This document shows, piece by piece, positions 45,028 through 54,861 of a stretch of 64,000 nt of DNA; the first letter of the stretch is position 1; each line of letters starts with the position of its first letter. Under the pieces are notes generated by a model. That model was given only the letters and a program-made list of their open reading frames with translations. It made no database searches and was not told the origin of the DNA. Origin of the DNA: Thermoplasmata archaeon (lineage in GTDB: Archaea > Thermoplasmatota > E2 > JACPAO01 > JAHFTW01). The DNA lies in assembly GCA_034667725.1 (NCBI GenBank), contig JAXDQS010000003.1:480001-544000 (forward strand), in the 5' to 3' direction. Made by a program: the position numbers and the translations under genes.

Positions 45028-45683
45028 GGCAGCTTCCCGCCCGGCCCAAAGCTCCGCAGCGTCATCGCGAACCGCTGCACCGTCGTGAGCGCCCCCACCA
45101 CCGCGAAGTATGCCATCACCAACTCCAGGAAGTTGGTCGCGCGCCCAAGGACCATCAAGGGGCCGCCGTTCCATTCGCTCCAGCCGAACTGGATGAGCGG
45201 CAGGAACAAGAGGAGGACCATGCGGTCGGCGCGGCCGAGCCAGCCGCCGTAGTTGCGCTTCAACCCGACGGCTTGCGCCTGCGTGCCCATGTAGCTCGTG
45301 AGCAGCGTGAAGCCCACCGCGAGCAGGCCGATCCAAGGTGTTGGCGACCACGGGCTGAGGGCGATGCCGACCAGGAAGGCGGTGTCGCTGAACCGGTCGA
45401 TGGCGTGGTCGAGGAAGTCGCCGCGCGGGGTCGCCTGGTTGGTGAGCTTGGCGACCTTGCCGTCCAAGAGGTCGAGGATGGAGTTGAGCCCGACGCAGGC
45501 CCAGGCCGCCAGCAGCACCGCGCGGCCCGCGTAGCCCGGCGACGAGGCCCAGAACAGCACGCCGCCGAGGATGGCCACCGCCAAACTGAGCCAGGTGAAG
45601 ACGTCGGGGTGGACACGGCGGACCACGTGGGTCAGGGGGTCGAGCCACCAGTCGAGGACGCGGCGGTGTCTGTCCAGGACCAT
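45024..45683 (-). CDS. CDP-alcohol phosphatidyltransferase (archaeal phospholipid synthesis)
   Basis: DLLDGKVAK...RGDFLDHAIDRFSD. Confidence 0.9.
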   Translation of the reverse strand: MVLDRHRRVLDWWLDPLTHVVRRVHPDVFTWLSLAVAILGGVLFWASSPGYAGRAVLLAAWACVGLNSILDLLDGKVAKLTNQATPRGDFLDHAIDRFSDTAFLVGIALSPWSPTPWIGLLAVGFTLLTSYMGTQAQAVGLKRNYGGWLGRADRMVLLLFLPLIQFGWSEWNGGPLMVLGRATNFLELVMAYFAVVGALTTVQRFAMTLRSFGPGGKLP

Positions 45684-45687
45684 GGGC

Positions 45688-46206
45688 TCACCGGATGGGG
45701 AGCTGGCCGCTCCAGTCGACCGGCTCCAGGTCGGGGGCTTTCAAGGCGTCGAGCCGCACGTCGGCAAACGCCGCAAACACTTCGGCGGCGTTTCGTCGCG
45801 TGCCGTCCCGCTGCACGACCCGAGGGGTCGCGTCGAGCGCCTCCTGCAAAATCAGGTCGAGCGCCTCGGCCTCCAGGTTCTCGTGGACCTTGGCGGGGCC
45901 GTAGCCGCGCAGCTGGAGGCGGCCGCGCAGCACGGCAGGGTCGCAGCGCAGCACCCAGGCCGCGTCGAGGCCAAGGAGGTGGCTCAAGTGGCCTTCGACG
46001 AGGCAGTCGGCCGGCAGCCCGCGGCGTTGGCGGCGCAGCAGGGCCACGTCGATGGCGTCCGCCTGGTCGGTGGGGTCGTGGCCGGCCACGGCGCCAACGG
46101 CGCGGGCCCACGCCTTGAGGTCGACGACGGCCCAGCCGTGCCGGGCCGCCTCGGCGGCGACCGTGGTCTTGCCGACGCCCGGCGTGCCGGTGAGGGCGAC
46201 GCGCAT
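45688..46206 (-). CDS. AK6/Fap7-type adenylate kinase
   Basis: TGTPGVGKTT; VEGHLSH; RL..RGY...KV.EN.EAE. Confidence 0.9.
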   Translation of the reverse strand: MRVALTGTPGVGKTTVAAEAARHGWAVVDLKAWARAVGAVAGHDPTDQADAIDVALLRRQRRGLPADCLVEGHLSHLLGLDAAWVLRCDPAVLRGRLQLRGYGPAKVHENLEAEALDLILQEALDATPRVVQRDGTRRNAAEVFAAFADVRLDALKAPDLEPVDWSGQLPIR

Positions 46207-47525
46207 CAGCCCTGCACGACGCGCGGGGCGGCGCCGGCCAGCTCGATGAAGGGGTAGCCGCCGAGGCGCGCGTCGTTGAAGCAGTAGCGCACTTCCTGGA
46301 AGCCGGCCTTGAAGGCGGCCACGTCGCGGCGCACCCGGGCGGGGTCCTCGCGCCGCAGCAGGGCGCGGGCGAAGAACCGGGCCACCTCGGCCATGTGGCC
46401 CTTGCCCATGCCGGTGCGGGTCAGCTCCTGCACGCCGAGGCGGACGCCGCTCGGGGTCAGCGGCTTGGTGTCGCCGGGCAGCATGTTCATGTTGGTGATG
46501 ATGCCGCACGCCTCCAGGGTCGCCGCGGCCTGCGCGCCGGCGCCCGAGTCGGCAGCACCGTGGCGGGTCACGACCTGGTGGCTGCGGGTGAAGCCGCGGT
46601 CGGCGGCAAGGACATCGAAGCCTTCCGCGGCGAGGGCGGCGCCGAGGGCTTGGGCGTTCGCCACGATGTCGCGGGCGTACGCGGTCCCGAACTCGAGGAA
46701 CTCGGCGAGCGCCACCACCTTGCCGGCGACGTGGTGCAGGTGGTAGCTGGAGACGACGCCGGGGAACACGCCGGCGTTGAGCCTGCGCTGCATCTTCTCG
46801 TCCTTGGTGTCGCTGAGGACGAAGCCGCCTTGCGGGCCGGGGAAGGTCTTGTGGCTGCTGCCGGTGAGGACGTCGGCGCCCTCCCGCAACGGGTCCTGGA
46901 ACTGGCCGCCGGCGATGAGCCCCAGCACGTGCGCGCCGTCGTACATCACCGTCGCCCCTGCCTCGTGGGCGGCGTCGGCCAGCTCTTTGAGCGGGGTCGG
47001 GAACAGGAACATCGACTGGCCGAACAAGGCGAGCTTGGGGGCCTCCTTGCGAATCAGCTTGAGGCTGCCGTCCAGGTCCGGCTCCATGCGGTCGATGTCC
47101 CAGGGGTAGGTGTGCAGCGCGAGGCCGCGCATCCCGACCGCCCCCATCGGCGCGTGGCTGATGTGGCCGCCGTCCGCCGTCGAGACCGCCGTGATGGCGT
47201 CGCCCGGCTTGGTGAGCGCCTTGAGGACCGCGAGGTTGGAGTTGGTGCCCGAGGTGCTCTGGATGTTGGCGAAGGCGCAGCGGAACAGCTTCTTCGCCAG
47301 GTCGATGCCCAACGACTCGACGGTGTCGAAGTCGCCGCAGCCCTGGTAGTACCGCTTGCCCGGCAGGCCCTCGGCGTAGCGGCCATGGAAGTCGGTCACC
47401 AGCATCTCGGCCACGCGCGGGCTCACGATGTTCTCCGACGCGATCATCGGCAGGCCGTCCCGGAACAGCGCGGTGCTGCGGCGCGCCGCGTCCCGGACCG
47501 TCTCGGCCGCCTGGCGGTTGTCCAT
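46206..47525 (-). CDS. glyA: serine hydroxymethyltransferase
   Basis: MIASEN; YAEGLPGKRYYQG; GGHISH; DGAH; SSHKTFPGPQGG; SGVRLG. Confidence 0.96.
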   Translation of the reverse strand: MDNRQAAETVRDAARRSTALFRDGLPMIASENIVSPRVAEMLVTDFHGRYAEGLPGKRYYQGCGDFDTVESLGIDLAKKLFRCAFANIQSTSGTNSNLAVLKALTKPGDAITAVSTADGGHISHAPMGAVGMRGLALHTYPWDIDRMEPDLDGSLKLIRKEAPKLALFGQSMFLFPTPLKELADAAHEAGATVMYDGAHVLGLIAGGQFQDPLREGADVLTGSSHKTFPGPQGGFVLSDTKDEKMQRRLNAGVFPGVVSSYHLHHVAGKVVALAEFLEFGTAYARDIVANAQALGAALAAEGFDVLAADRGFTRSHQVVTRHGAADSGAGAQAAATLEACGIITNMNMLPGDTKPLTPSGVRLGVQELTRTGMGKGHMAEVARFFARALLRREDPARVRRDVAAFKAGFQEVRYCFNDARLGGYPFIELAGAAPRVVQG

Positions 47526-47582
47526 GCCCGCGCGAGCGGCTGGGTGGTGAAAAGCGAAGTGGGGCCCGCCGTTGGGAGGCGC

Positions 47583-48113
47583 GTGCATCCGGTCGTGGCC
47601 CTCGGCCACTCGAACCAGCCGCCGGAGCGGTTCCTGGAGGCGCTCCAGGCCCACGGCGTCCAGGTCCTGGTGGACGTCCGGCGGTTCCCCGGCTCCCGCC
47701 GGGTCGCCTGGACCGGCCGCGACCAACTGGAGCCGATGCTGGCCGAGGCGGGCATCCGCTACCTGCACGCGCCGGACCTGGGCGGCCGGCGCTCGCCGCG
47801 TCCAGGTTCCCTTAACACGGCGTGGCGCAACGCGCAGTTCCGCGGCTACGCCGACCACATGGACGCCCCCGAGTTCCAGTCCGCCTTGGACCGCCTGCTC
47901 GCGTTGGCCAAGAAGGAGGTGGTGGCCGTCATGTGCGCCGAGGCGGTTCCCTGGCGCTGCCACCGCTCGCTCCTGGCCGACGCGCTGGTGGCGCGGGGCG
48001 CCCAGGTGGTGCAGGTGCTTTCCCCGACGAAGGCGGAGCCGCACCGCATGACGCCGTTTGCCAAGGTGGCGGACGGCAAGGTGACGTATCCGGGCGAGAA
48101 GCCCCTGGTCTAG
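47583..48113 (+). CDS. DUF488 family protein
   Basis: GHSN; DVRRFPGSR; LGGRR; MCAEAVPWRCHR. Confidence 0.9.
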   Translation: MHPVVALGHSNQPPERFLEALQAHGVQVLVDVRRFPGSRRVAWTGRDQLEPMLAEAGIRYLHAPDLGGRRSPRPGSLNTAWRNAQFRGYADHMDAPEFQSALDRLLALAKKEVVAVMCAEAVPWRCHRSLLADALVARGAQVVQVLSPTKAEPHRMTPFAKVADGKVTYPGEKPLV

Positions 48114-49345
48114 GCGAAGGCGGGCAGCCGTGCCCACCGCAACCCGCCCGGATCCATGGCGCCCCGCGGCTTGGCCACCAGTCCCGCCGCGTGGACTGCG
48201 GGCGCCGCCACGCCGGCCCACTCCAGGCCGAAGCGCGCCAGCGCCTGCTGGCCGGTTGGGGCGGTGAAGCCGGTCAGCCGCACGCCGACGAGGCGGATGG
48301 GCCGGCCGTCCAGCATCGGGCGCAGCAGGGCTTGGACAGCGGCGTAGGCGCGGGCGGCGCCGGTGGGGTCGGCGGCGTCGTAGGGGACGTCGGCGGTCTG
48401 GGCGCGGGTGAGGGTGACGAAGCCCTCGTAGCGGACCTTGACGGTGAGGGTGGCGAACGGCCGGCGATCGTGGCGCAGGTGGTGGCCGAAGGTCTCGGCC
48501 AAGAGCTCGCGGGCGGCGTGGGCGACCTTGGCGGGGTCGCGGACGTCGTGGAGGAAGGTCATCTCGTTGCCGCGCGACTTGCGGGGGCCGGAGTCGGCCT
48601 CGACGGGGCGGCGGTCGCGGCCGTTGGCGACCGCCCACAGCCAGGCGCCGTGCGCGCCGAAGCGGCGCTCCAGGTCGGCCACCGGTGTCGCGGCAAGCTG
48701 CGCGACCGTGCGCAGCCCTTCGTCGGCGAGGGCGGCGGCGGTCTTGGGCCCGCAGCCGTGCAGCTTGCGCACGGGCAGCGGCGCGAGGAACGCCTGCACG
48801 CGCTCCGGCGGGACGCGGGTGACGCCGTGCGGCTTGCGGTGGTCGCTGGCGACCTTGGCGACGGACTTGTTGGGCGCGACGCCGACGCTGCAGCTCAGGC
48901 CGGTCTCGCGCTGGACGGCGGCCTGGAGGCTGTGGGCGAGGGCGAGCGCCGCGTCCCAGGCGGTGCCGCCGGTTTCTCGTGCAAGTTGGGTGCAGCGCTC
49001 GGTGACGTCGAGGTAGGCCTCGTCCATGCCGACGGCCTCGAAGACGTCGGCGTAGCCTTCCAGCACGTGCAGGACGGCGTCGCTGGCCTGCTTGTAGCGG
49101 GCGAAGTCGGGGCGCAGGTAGACGGCGTGCGGGGCGCGGCGCCAGGCCTCGCTGATGGGCATCGCGCTCTTGACGCCGAAGACGCGCGCCTCGTAGCTGG
49201 CAGTGCAGACGACGCCGCGGCCCTTGCCCCCGCGCGGGTCGGCGCCGACGACGAGCGGGAGCCCCTTCAGGCTGGGGTCGTCCCTCGTCTCGACGCTGGC
49301 GTAGAACGCGTCCATGTCCACGTGGAACACGATGGCGCCCTGCAC
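48110..49345 (-). CDS. dinB: DNA polymerase IV (Y family)
   Basis: HVDMDAFYASVE; ASYEAR.FGV; DEAYLD; SVGVAPNK..AK.AS...KP.G. Confidence 0.95.
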   Translation of the reverse strand: MQGAIVFHVDMDAFYASVETRDDPSLKGLPLVVGADPRGGKGRGVVCTASYEARVFGVKSAMPISEAWRRAPHAVYLRPDFARYKQASDAVLHVLEGYADVFEAVGMDEAYLDVTERCTQLARETGGTAWDAALALAHSLQAAVQRETGLSCSVGVAPNKSVAKVASDHRKPHGVTRVPPERVQAFLAPLPVRKLHGCGPKTAAALADEGLRTVAQLAATPVADLERRFGAHGAWLWAVANGRDRRPVEADSGPRKSRGNEMTFLHDVRDPAKVAHAARELLAETFGHHLRHDRRPFATLTVKVRYEGFVTLTRAQTADVPYDAADPTGAARAYAAVQALLRPMLDGRPIRLVGVRLTGFTAPTGQQALARFGLEWAGVAAPAVHAAGLVAKPRGAMDPGGLRWARLPAFA

Positions 49346-49450
49346 GCCCGGGGATGGGCGGCGGCGGGCACAAGCGTGGCGCAGGGGTGGGTGAAAGTGG
49401 GGCGGGGCCGACCCGGAGCCGTCAAAAGCGACCCCCTCGTCCTGCGGGCC

Positions 49451-50353
49451 GTGAGCAAGGGCGGCCGCATCCAGGAGGTGGAGCGCCGCACCGGGTCCGC
49501 CATCGACGAGCTGGCCAAGAGCCTGCTGCGCTACCGCATCGTGCGCGGCCCCGCCCGCCGCCTGGCCAACTCCCGCCTGGCCTGGGCCGCCGTGTCCCGC
49601 CTCGACCGCGTCCGCGCCGGCCGCCTGCTGGAGCGCATCCGCAAGGGCGGTCCCGTCCCGCAGCATGTCGGGATCATCATGGACGGCAACCGCCGGTTCG
49701 CGCGGGCGCTGGGGCTGGAGGACCTCGGCATGGGCCACGTGGCCGGCCAGGAGCGCCTGGAGAACGTCCTCGACTGGTGCCTCGACCTCGAGATCAAGGT
49801 GCTCACGGTCTACGCCTTCAGCACCGAGAACTTCCAGCGCGCCGACGCCGAGCGCGAGCTGTTGATGGAGCTGTTCGAGCACAACTTCCGCAAGATGGCG
49901 GACGACCCCCGCGTCCACCAGCACAAGATCCGCGTCGCCTGCATCGGCGACCTCAGCCTCCTGCCCGAAGGGGTCCGCGCCGCCGCCGCCCACGTCATGG
50001 AGCGCACCGCCGGCTACTCGGGCTACCGCTTCAACGTCGCCATCGCCTACGGCGGCCGCCAGGAGATCGTCGAGGCCGTCCGCCAGATCGCCGCCGACGC
50101 CCAGGCCGGCCGCCTGCGCCCCGACGAGGTCACCGCCGAGACCCTCAGCAGCCGGCTCTACACCGGCGGCCTGCCCGACCCCGACTTCATCATCCGCACC
50201 AGCGGCGAGGAGCGCATCAGCAACTTCCTCCTCTGGCAGATGGCGTACGCCGAGCTCTACTTCGCGGACGTCTACTGGCCCCAGCTGACCCGGCTGGAGT
50301 TTCTCCGGGCGATCGAGGAGTTCCAGGCCCGCAAGCGCCGGTTCGGGTCCTGA
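49451..50353 (+). CDS. uppS: cis-polyprenyl (undecaprenyl-type) diphosphate synthase
   Basis: HVGIIMDGNRR; YAFSTENF.R; YGGRQEI; IRTSGEERISNFLLWQ. Confidence 0.95.
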   Translation: MSKGGRIQEVERRTGSAIDELAKSLLRYRIVRGPARRLANSRLAWAAVSRLDRVRAGRLLERIRKGGPVPQHVGIIMDGNRRFARALGLEDLGMGHVAGQERLENVLDWCLDLEIKVLTVYAFSTENFQRADAERELLMELFEHNFRKMADDPRVHQHKIRVACIGDLSLLPEGVRAAAAHVMERTAGYSGYRFNVAIAYGGRQEIVEAVRQIAADAQAGRLRPDEVTAETLSSRLYTGGLPDPDFIIRTSGEERISNFLLWQMAYAELYFADVYWPQLTRLEFLRAIEEFQARKRRFGS

Positions 50354-50392
50354 GGCCTTCCGCAGCGCAGCCGTCTTGAACCCGCAGCCTCC

Positions 50393-52006
50393 ATGGCCCG
50401 CCCGATGCGCCTCCCGGCCCTCCTGCTCCTGGCCCTTCTGGTGGCGCCGCCGGCCCTGGCCCAAGCGGATGGGGACGGCGACGGGCCCCCCACCTGCGAG
50501 TCCCAGGTCACCGCAGCCCTCGGCCAGGTCGCAGGCGCCCGCGCCGACCTCGACCGGCTGCGCGGCGACACGCTGCGGGCCATCGTCGGCTCGCCGCCCG
50601 TCAACCTCACGACCGAGGAGCAGCGCGGCACGATGCGCATCCTGGAGGGCATGGGCGGCCAGATGGCCGGCCTGGTGGCGCCCGCCGACCTTGCCGACCT
50701 GGAGGCTTGCGGTGTCGCCTGCCCGCCGACGCCTGCCCCGGCGGCCGCCCTGCTCACGGCCCGCGGCGGCGCGCTCGCCGCCGACGCGGCCGCCTTCGTC
50801 GAGGGGGACAGCGCGGCCAGCGCGCAGGCGACGCACCGCCGCGTCGCGCACGGCCTGCAAGACCTGCACGGCCTCGCGCACGCTTGGCTGGACGAGCGGG
50901 TCGCAGCGCTCCGCGCCTGCTCCGGCCAGGCGCCGCAGGAGGGCCTGCTGGCGTGCCTCGCGCCAGCCGTGGCGGACCGCCGCGACCCGGCGTCCTGCCT
51001 CGCCGCCGCCGAGGCGGCGTGGCGGCGCGGGCCCGGCGGCCGGGTCGCCAACCGCACCGCCGCAGAGCGGCTCGGGCACGTCGAGGCCGACGGCGCCCAG
51101 GCCACCGGTGTTGCGACCGCTTGGCAGATGCGGCCCGACCCGGTCGCGGCCGTCCAGCATCTCCAGGCGCGCGGCGTCCTGGTGCTGGGCGCCGTCTCGG
51201 GCGTCGGGCCGGCCACCGTGCGCGGCGACGGCGGCGACCGGACCTTGGCCGGCGACCGCACCGAGGTCAAGGTGCAGGACGGCTCGTTCCTGCGGCTCGA
51301 CGCGCGGTGCGACCTGGTGTGCCACCTCACCTTCGGCCCCGGCGTCCGCCTCGACGCGACCGGGCCGGGCCGCTGGGAGTGGAGCGCGGGCCCCGTGCGC
51401 GGCGGCGTCGAGGCCACCGGCACGGCACGCGCCAACGGCACCTGGCTCGAGGTCGCCGCCGGCCGGGTGGCCTTCTGGAGCCTCGGCCCCTCGCTCATCG
51501 CGCCCGTCCCCGAGGCGTGGCTGGCCAGCCCGCGCCTGCTGGGGGTCGCGGTCGGCGTCCCCACCGCCCAGGAGGCCGGAAGCTTCGGCCCGCGCGCCGG
51601 CGCCGTCCGGCTGCGGCCGCACGCCGGCGAGGACGGCTTCACGCTGGAGCTGGACCTGGCGCGGCCCGGCTGCGGCGGCGCGGTCGCGGACGCCCGCCTG
51701 TTCGACGCCGGCGCGCTTGGGCAGATCACGGCCGACCAGGTCGCGGTGCGGCTCGACCGCGGCGCCGGCACCGACGAGCTGCCCGCCTCCGACGTGGCCA
51801 CCCTGCTGGCCGGCGGCGCCGGCTGGGCCCTCGACGGCACCGGCGCGCGGGTCCACGTGCTGGCGTGCGCCGACGCGGCCGGCAGCTACCGCCTGGTCGC
51901 CAACACCGCCAGCGGGCACGGCTCCCCCGGCGCCGGCATCCTCGTCGGGCTGGCCCTCCTGGCCACGGCAGCCTTATGCCGCCGCCCCAAGTGGCGCGCA
52001 GCGTGA
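50393..52006 (+). CDS. secreted/surface protein with C-terminal sorting-signal-like anchor
   Basis: Signal peptide; paired Cys; C-terminal SPGAGILVGLALLATAALCRR. Confidence 0.7.
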   Translation: MARPMRLPALLLLALLVAPPALAQADGDGDGPPTCESQVTAALGQVAGARADLDRLRGDTLRAIVGSPPVNLTTEEQRGTMRILEGMGGQMAGLVAPADLADLEACGVACPPTPAPAAALLTARGGALAADAAAFVEGDSAASAQATHRRVAHGLQDLHGLAHAWLDERVAALRACSGQAPQEGLLACLAPAVADRRDPASCLAAAEAAWRRGPGGRVANRTAAERLGHVEADGAQATGVATAWQMRPDPVAAVQHLQARGVLVLGAVSGVGPATVRGDGGDRTLAGDRTEVKVQDGSFLRLDARCDLVCHLTFGPGVRLDATGPGRWEWSAGPVRGGVEATGTARANGTWLEVAAGRVAFWSLGPSLIAPVPEAWLASPRLLGVAVGVPTAQEAGSFGPRAGAVRLRPHAGEDGFTLELDLARPGCGGAVADARLFDAGALGQITADQVAVRLDRGAGTDELPASDVATLLAGGAGWALDGTGARVHVLACADAAGSYRLVANTASGHGSPGAGILVGLALLATAALCRRPKWRAA

Positions 52007-52953
52007 CGGGCACCCTGCCGTCCCTCCCTGTGGCGGGCGCCGCCGGCAGCGGCCGCCCCCGCCTGCCGGAGTGGTTCAAGGTCCGCCCGCCGGGCGGCGA
52101 CCGCTACGCCGAACTCAAGCAGGCGCTGCGGGCCCGTGGCCTCAGCACCGTGTGCGAGGAGGCCCGCTGCCCCAACCTGGCCGAGTGCTGGTCGGGCGGG
52201 GCGTCCGGGAAGGGCACCGCGACCCTCATGGTCATGGGCGGCACCTGCACCCGTGGCTGCCGCTTCTGCTCGGTCCCCACGGGCAAGCCGGGGATGCTGG
52301 ACCCCGAGGAGCCGCGCAAGGCGAGCGAGACGGTCGGCGTCATGGGCGTCGGCTACGTCGTCATCACCAGCGTGGACCGCGACGACTTGGTGGACGGGGG
52401 TGCTGCGCACTTCGCCGAGGTCATCCGGCGCTGCAAGGCCGACCACCCTGGGCTTCTGGTCGAGGTGCTGACGCCGGACTTCGCGGGCGACGTCGAGGCG
52501 TTGCGGAAGGTGCTGGCGGCGAAGCCCGACGTCGTGGCGCACAACATCGAGACCGTGCGGCGGCTGACCTCGGGCGTACGGGACCGGCGGGCCGGCTACG
52601 ACCAGTCCCTGGCCGTGCTGAAGGCCTACAAGGAGCTGGGCGCCCGCTTCACCAAGACCAGCATCATGGTCGGGCTCGGGGAGACTCCCGAGGAGGTCCG
52701 CGCGTGCTTGGCGGACCTGCGCTCGGCAGGAGTGGACATCGTGACTTTCGGCCAATACCTGCGCCCCACCCAGGAGGCCAGGCATCTGCCGGTCGTAGAG
52801 TTCGTGCATCCCACCCAGTTCGCCGCGTACCAGACGATGGCCGAGACGATGGGCTTCCTGTATGTCGCAAGCGGGCCGCTGGTGCGGTCGAGCTACAAGG
52901 CCGGCGAACTGTTCCTGGAAGGCATGATCCGGGGCGCCAACCCCGTCAACTAA
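52003..52953 (+). CDS. lipA: lipoyl synthase
   Basis: CEEARCPNLAEC; CTRGCRFC; TSVDRDD; HNIETV; GQYL.P; RSSY. Confidence 0.96.
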   Translation: MTGTLPSLPVAGAAGSGRPRLPEWFKVRPPGGDRYAELKQALRARGLSTVCEEARCPNLAECWSGGASGKGTATLMVMGGTCTRGCRFCSVPTGKPGMLDPEEPRKASETVGVMGVGYVVITSVDRDDLVDGGAAHFAEVIRRCKADHPGLLVEVLTPDFAGDVEALRKVLAAKPDVVAHNIETVRRLTSGVRDRRAGYDQSLAVLKAYKELGARFTKTSIMVGLGETPEEVRACLADLRSAGVDIVTFGQYLRPTQEARHLPVVEFVHPTQFAAYQTMAETMGFLYVASGPLVRSSYKAGELFLEGMIRGANPVN

Positions 52954-54265
52954 GGTTCGCGCCCGTCGCCTGCCGCACGTGCAGCACGTCCGCCTCGATG
53001 CCATCCCCCGCCTGGCTCCCCCACCGCTTGGTGTCCTGCTGCACGACGGCATGGACCGCGTTGTCCGGCCCCACGGCGCACTCGAACAGGTCCCGGGGCG
53101 GGATGGGGCCGACCGCCATCGCGTCGGGCGCCAGCAGGGCCAGCGACCACGTCGGGCTCGGCTGGTCCGCGTCCGCCGACACCAAGGCGTAGGCGCGCCA
53201 TTCGGAGGCCGCGCCGGGCTCCAGGTCGGGCGTGGCGTAGAAGATCGTCGCCGCCGTGCCCGCGCGGCCGGCGCAGGCGTGCGACAGGCCGAAGCGGCCC
53301 ACGAACGGCGTGACGTCGGACTCCTGCCACGGCCCGCCGGCCAGGCTGCGCGCGACGCCGATGCGGCCGGGAAGGTTGCCGGCCCATGCGACGTCCTGTA
53401 CGCCGCTCCAGTCGACGCGGTCGTCGTGCCACACCACGTAGGCGTTGCCGGCGGCGTCGAAGGCCGCGCCGGGCGGGAGGTAGCCGGTGCCGTTCTGCAT
53501 CGTCGTCTCGTGCTCCTGGGTCCAGGTGGCGCCGCGGTCGGTGGAGCGGTGGATCGCGAGCGGCGTGCCGGCGCCGGTGCCCATCATGCAGGCGACAATG
53601 ACGGTGCGGTCGTCGGCTGGGGATGCGGCGGGGAGGCAGAACTCGGCGCCGGGGAAGCCATGCGTGGCCAGCCAGGTGAGGCCGCCGTCGGTGGAGACGG
53701 ACAGCATCATGCGGGCGGGGGCGTCGGCGGCGTTGTTGCTCATGAGGTACACGACCCCGTCGCCGTGGGCGGCGAGCCAGGGGCGGTCGTCGACGGCGGC
53801 AAGGGTGCCTTGGACGGGCCGCGAGAAGTCCCAGACGGGGCCGTTGGGGCCGGGGCTCCAGCGGTGGATGGCGTTGTCGGGCAGGTAGGTGTCCGCGAAG
53901 TAGAACCGCCCTTCGCCGTCGACGGCGGTGTCGCCTTCCAGCCCGAGGACGAGGGCGTGGACGTTGCCGGGCGAAGGCAGGGGCTTCCAGGTGGCGCCGC
54001 CGTCGCGCGAGTGCCACAGCCACGACGACAGGGTCGTGCCGTCGTTGGGGCGGTGCGTCTTGGCGGCCGCGGCGTACAGCGTCCCGTCGGGGGCGGCGTC
54101 GATGCTGGGCTCGAACCCGGGGCCGTCGGTCGTGAGCAGCGTGGGCGCGCCGAAGGCCAGGACGGGCGGCACGAGGGGCGGGACGGGCTGGGCGTCCTCG
54201 GCGGGCGTCGGCGTGGTGCAGCCTGCCAGCACCAGGAGCATCAGGAGGGCGGCGGCGCGGCGCAT
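52946..54265 (-). CDS. BNR/Asp-box (sialidase-like) beta-propeller lipoprotein
   Basis: VLAGC lipobox; SRDGGATW, STDGGLTW, STDRGATW. Confidence 0.85.
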   Translation of the reverse strand: MRRAAALLMLLVLAGCTTPTPAEDAQPVPPLVPPVLAFGAPTLLTTDGPGFEPSIDAAPDGTLYAAAAKTHRPNDGTTLSSWLWHSRDGGATWKPLPSPGNVHALVLGLEGDTAVDGEGRFYFADTYLPDNAIHRWSPGPNGPVWDFSRPVQGTLAAVDDRPWLAAHGDGVVYLMSNNAADAPARMMLSVSTDGGLTWLATHGFPGAEFCLPAASPADDRTVIVACMMGTGAGTPLAIHRSTDRGATWTQEHETTMQNGTGYLPPGAAFDAAGNAYVVWHDDRVDWSGVQDVAWAGNLPGRIGVARSLAGGPWQESDVTPFVGRFGLSHACAGRAGTAATIFYATPDLEPGAASEWRAYALVSADADQPSPTWSLALLAPDAMAVGPIPPRDLFECAVGPDNAVHAVVQQDTKRWGSQAGDGIEADVLHVRQATGANLS

Positions 54266-54309
54266 GGGCGGCGAAAGCCTGAAGGGCCTCATCAAGCAAG
54301 GGGGCCAAT

Positions 54310-54816
54310 GTGGCGATCACCGACGCTCTGCCCTACTTCCAGCTGGCAGGCCAACTCTCCCTCGTGGTGGGCGCCGCGTTCGCGTTCTACCAGCTGCTGC
54401 AAGTCGAGCGCAGCCGCAAGGACTCCGCCGCCTTGCAGACCGTGACCTCGTTCAACACCCAAGAGTTCCGCACGGCCTTCGCCAAGGTCTACACCCTGCC
54501 GCTCGGCGCCTCCGCCCAGCAGGTCCGCGACGCCGGCCGTGACATGGAGGACGCCGCGACGACGGTGATGATGACGTTCGAGATGATGGGCGTCCTCGTC
54601 CACAGCCGCATGGTGCCCATCGAGACCGTGGACCAAGCCATCGGCGGCTTCCTGCGCGAGTCGTGGCGGCGGCTGGAGCCCTACGTCCAATGGAAGCGCG
54701 CCGAGGTCCAGTCGGTGCGATGGGGCGAATGGTACCAGTGGCTGTACGAGCACCTGGCCACCAACCCACGGCGGCAGGTGGGGGCGTACGAGGCGTTCCG
54801 GGAATGGAAGCCGTAG
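54310..54816 (+). CDS. DUF4760-like membrane-anchored protein
   Basis: N-terminal TM; FEMMGVLV...W..LEPYV..KR...WYQWL. Confidence 0.65.
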   Translation: MAITDALPYFQLAGQLSLVVGAAFAFYQLLQVERSRKDSAALQTVTSFNTQEFRTAFAKVYTLPLGASAQQVRDAGRDMEDAATTVMMTFEMMGVLVHSRMVPIETVDQAIGGFLRESWRRLEPYVQWKRAEVQSVRWGEWYQWLYEHLATNPRRQVGAYEAFREWKP

Positions 54817-54861
54817 CACAATCCACCCCAGCGGCATTATTTTATATTCAAACGAAAGTCC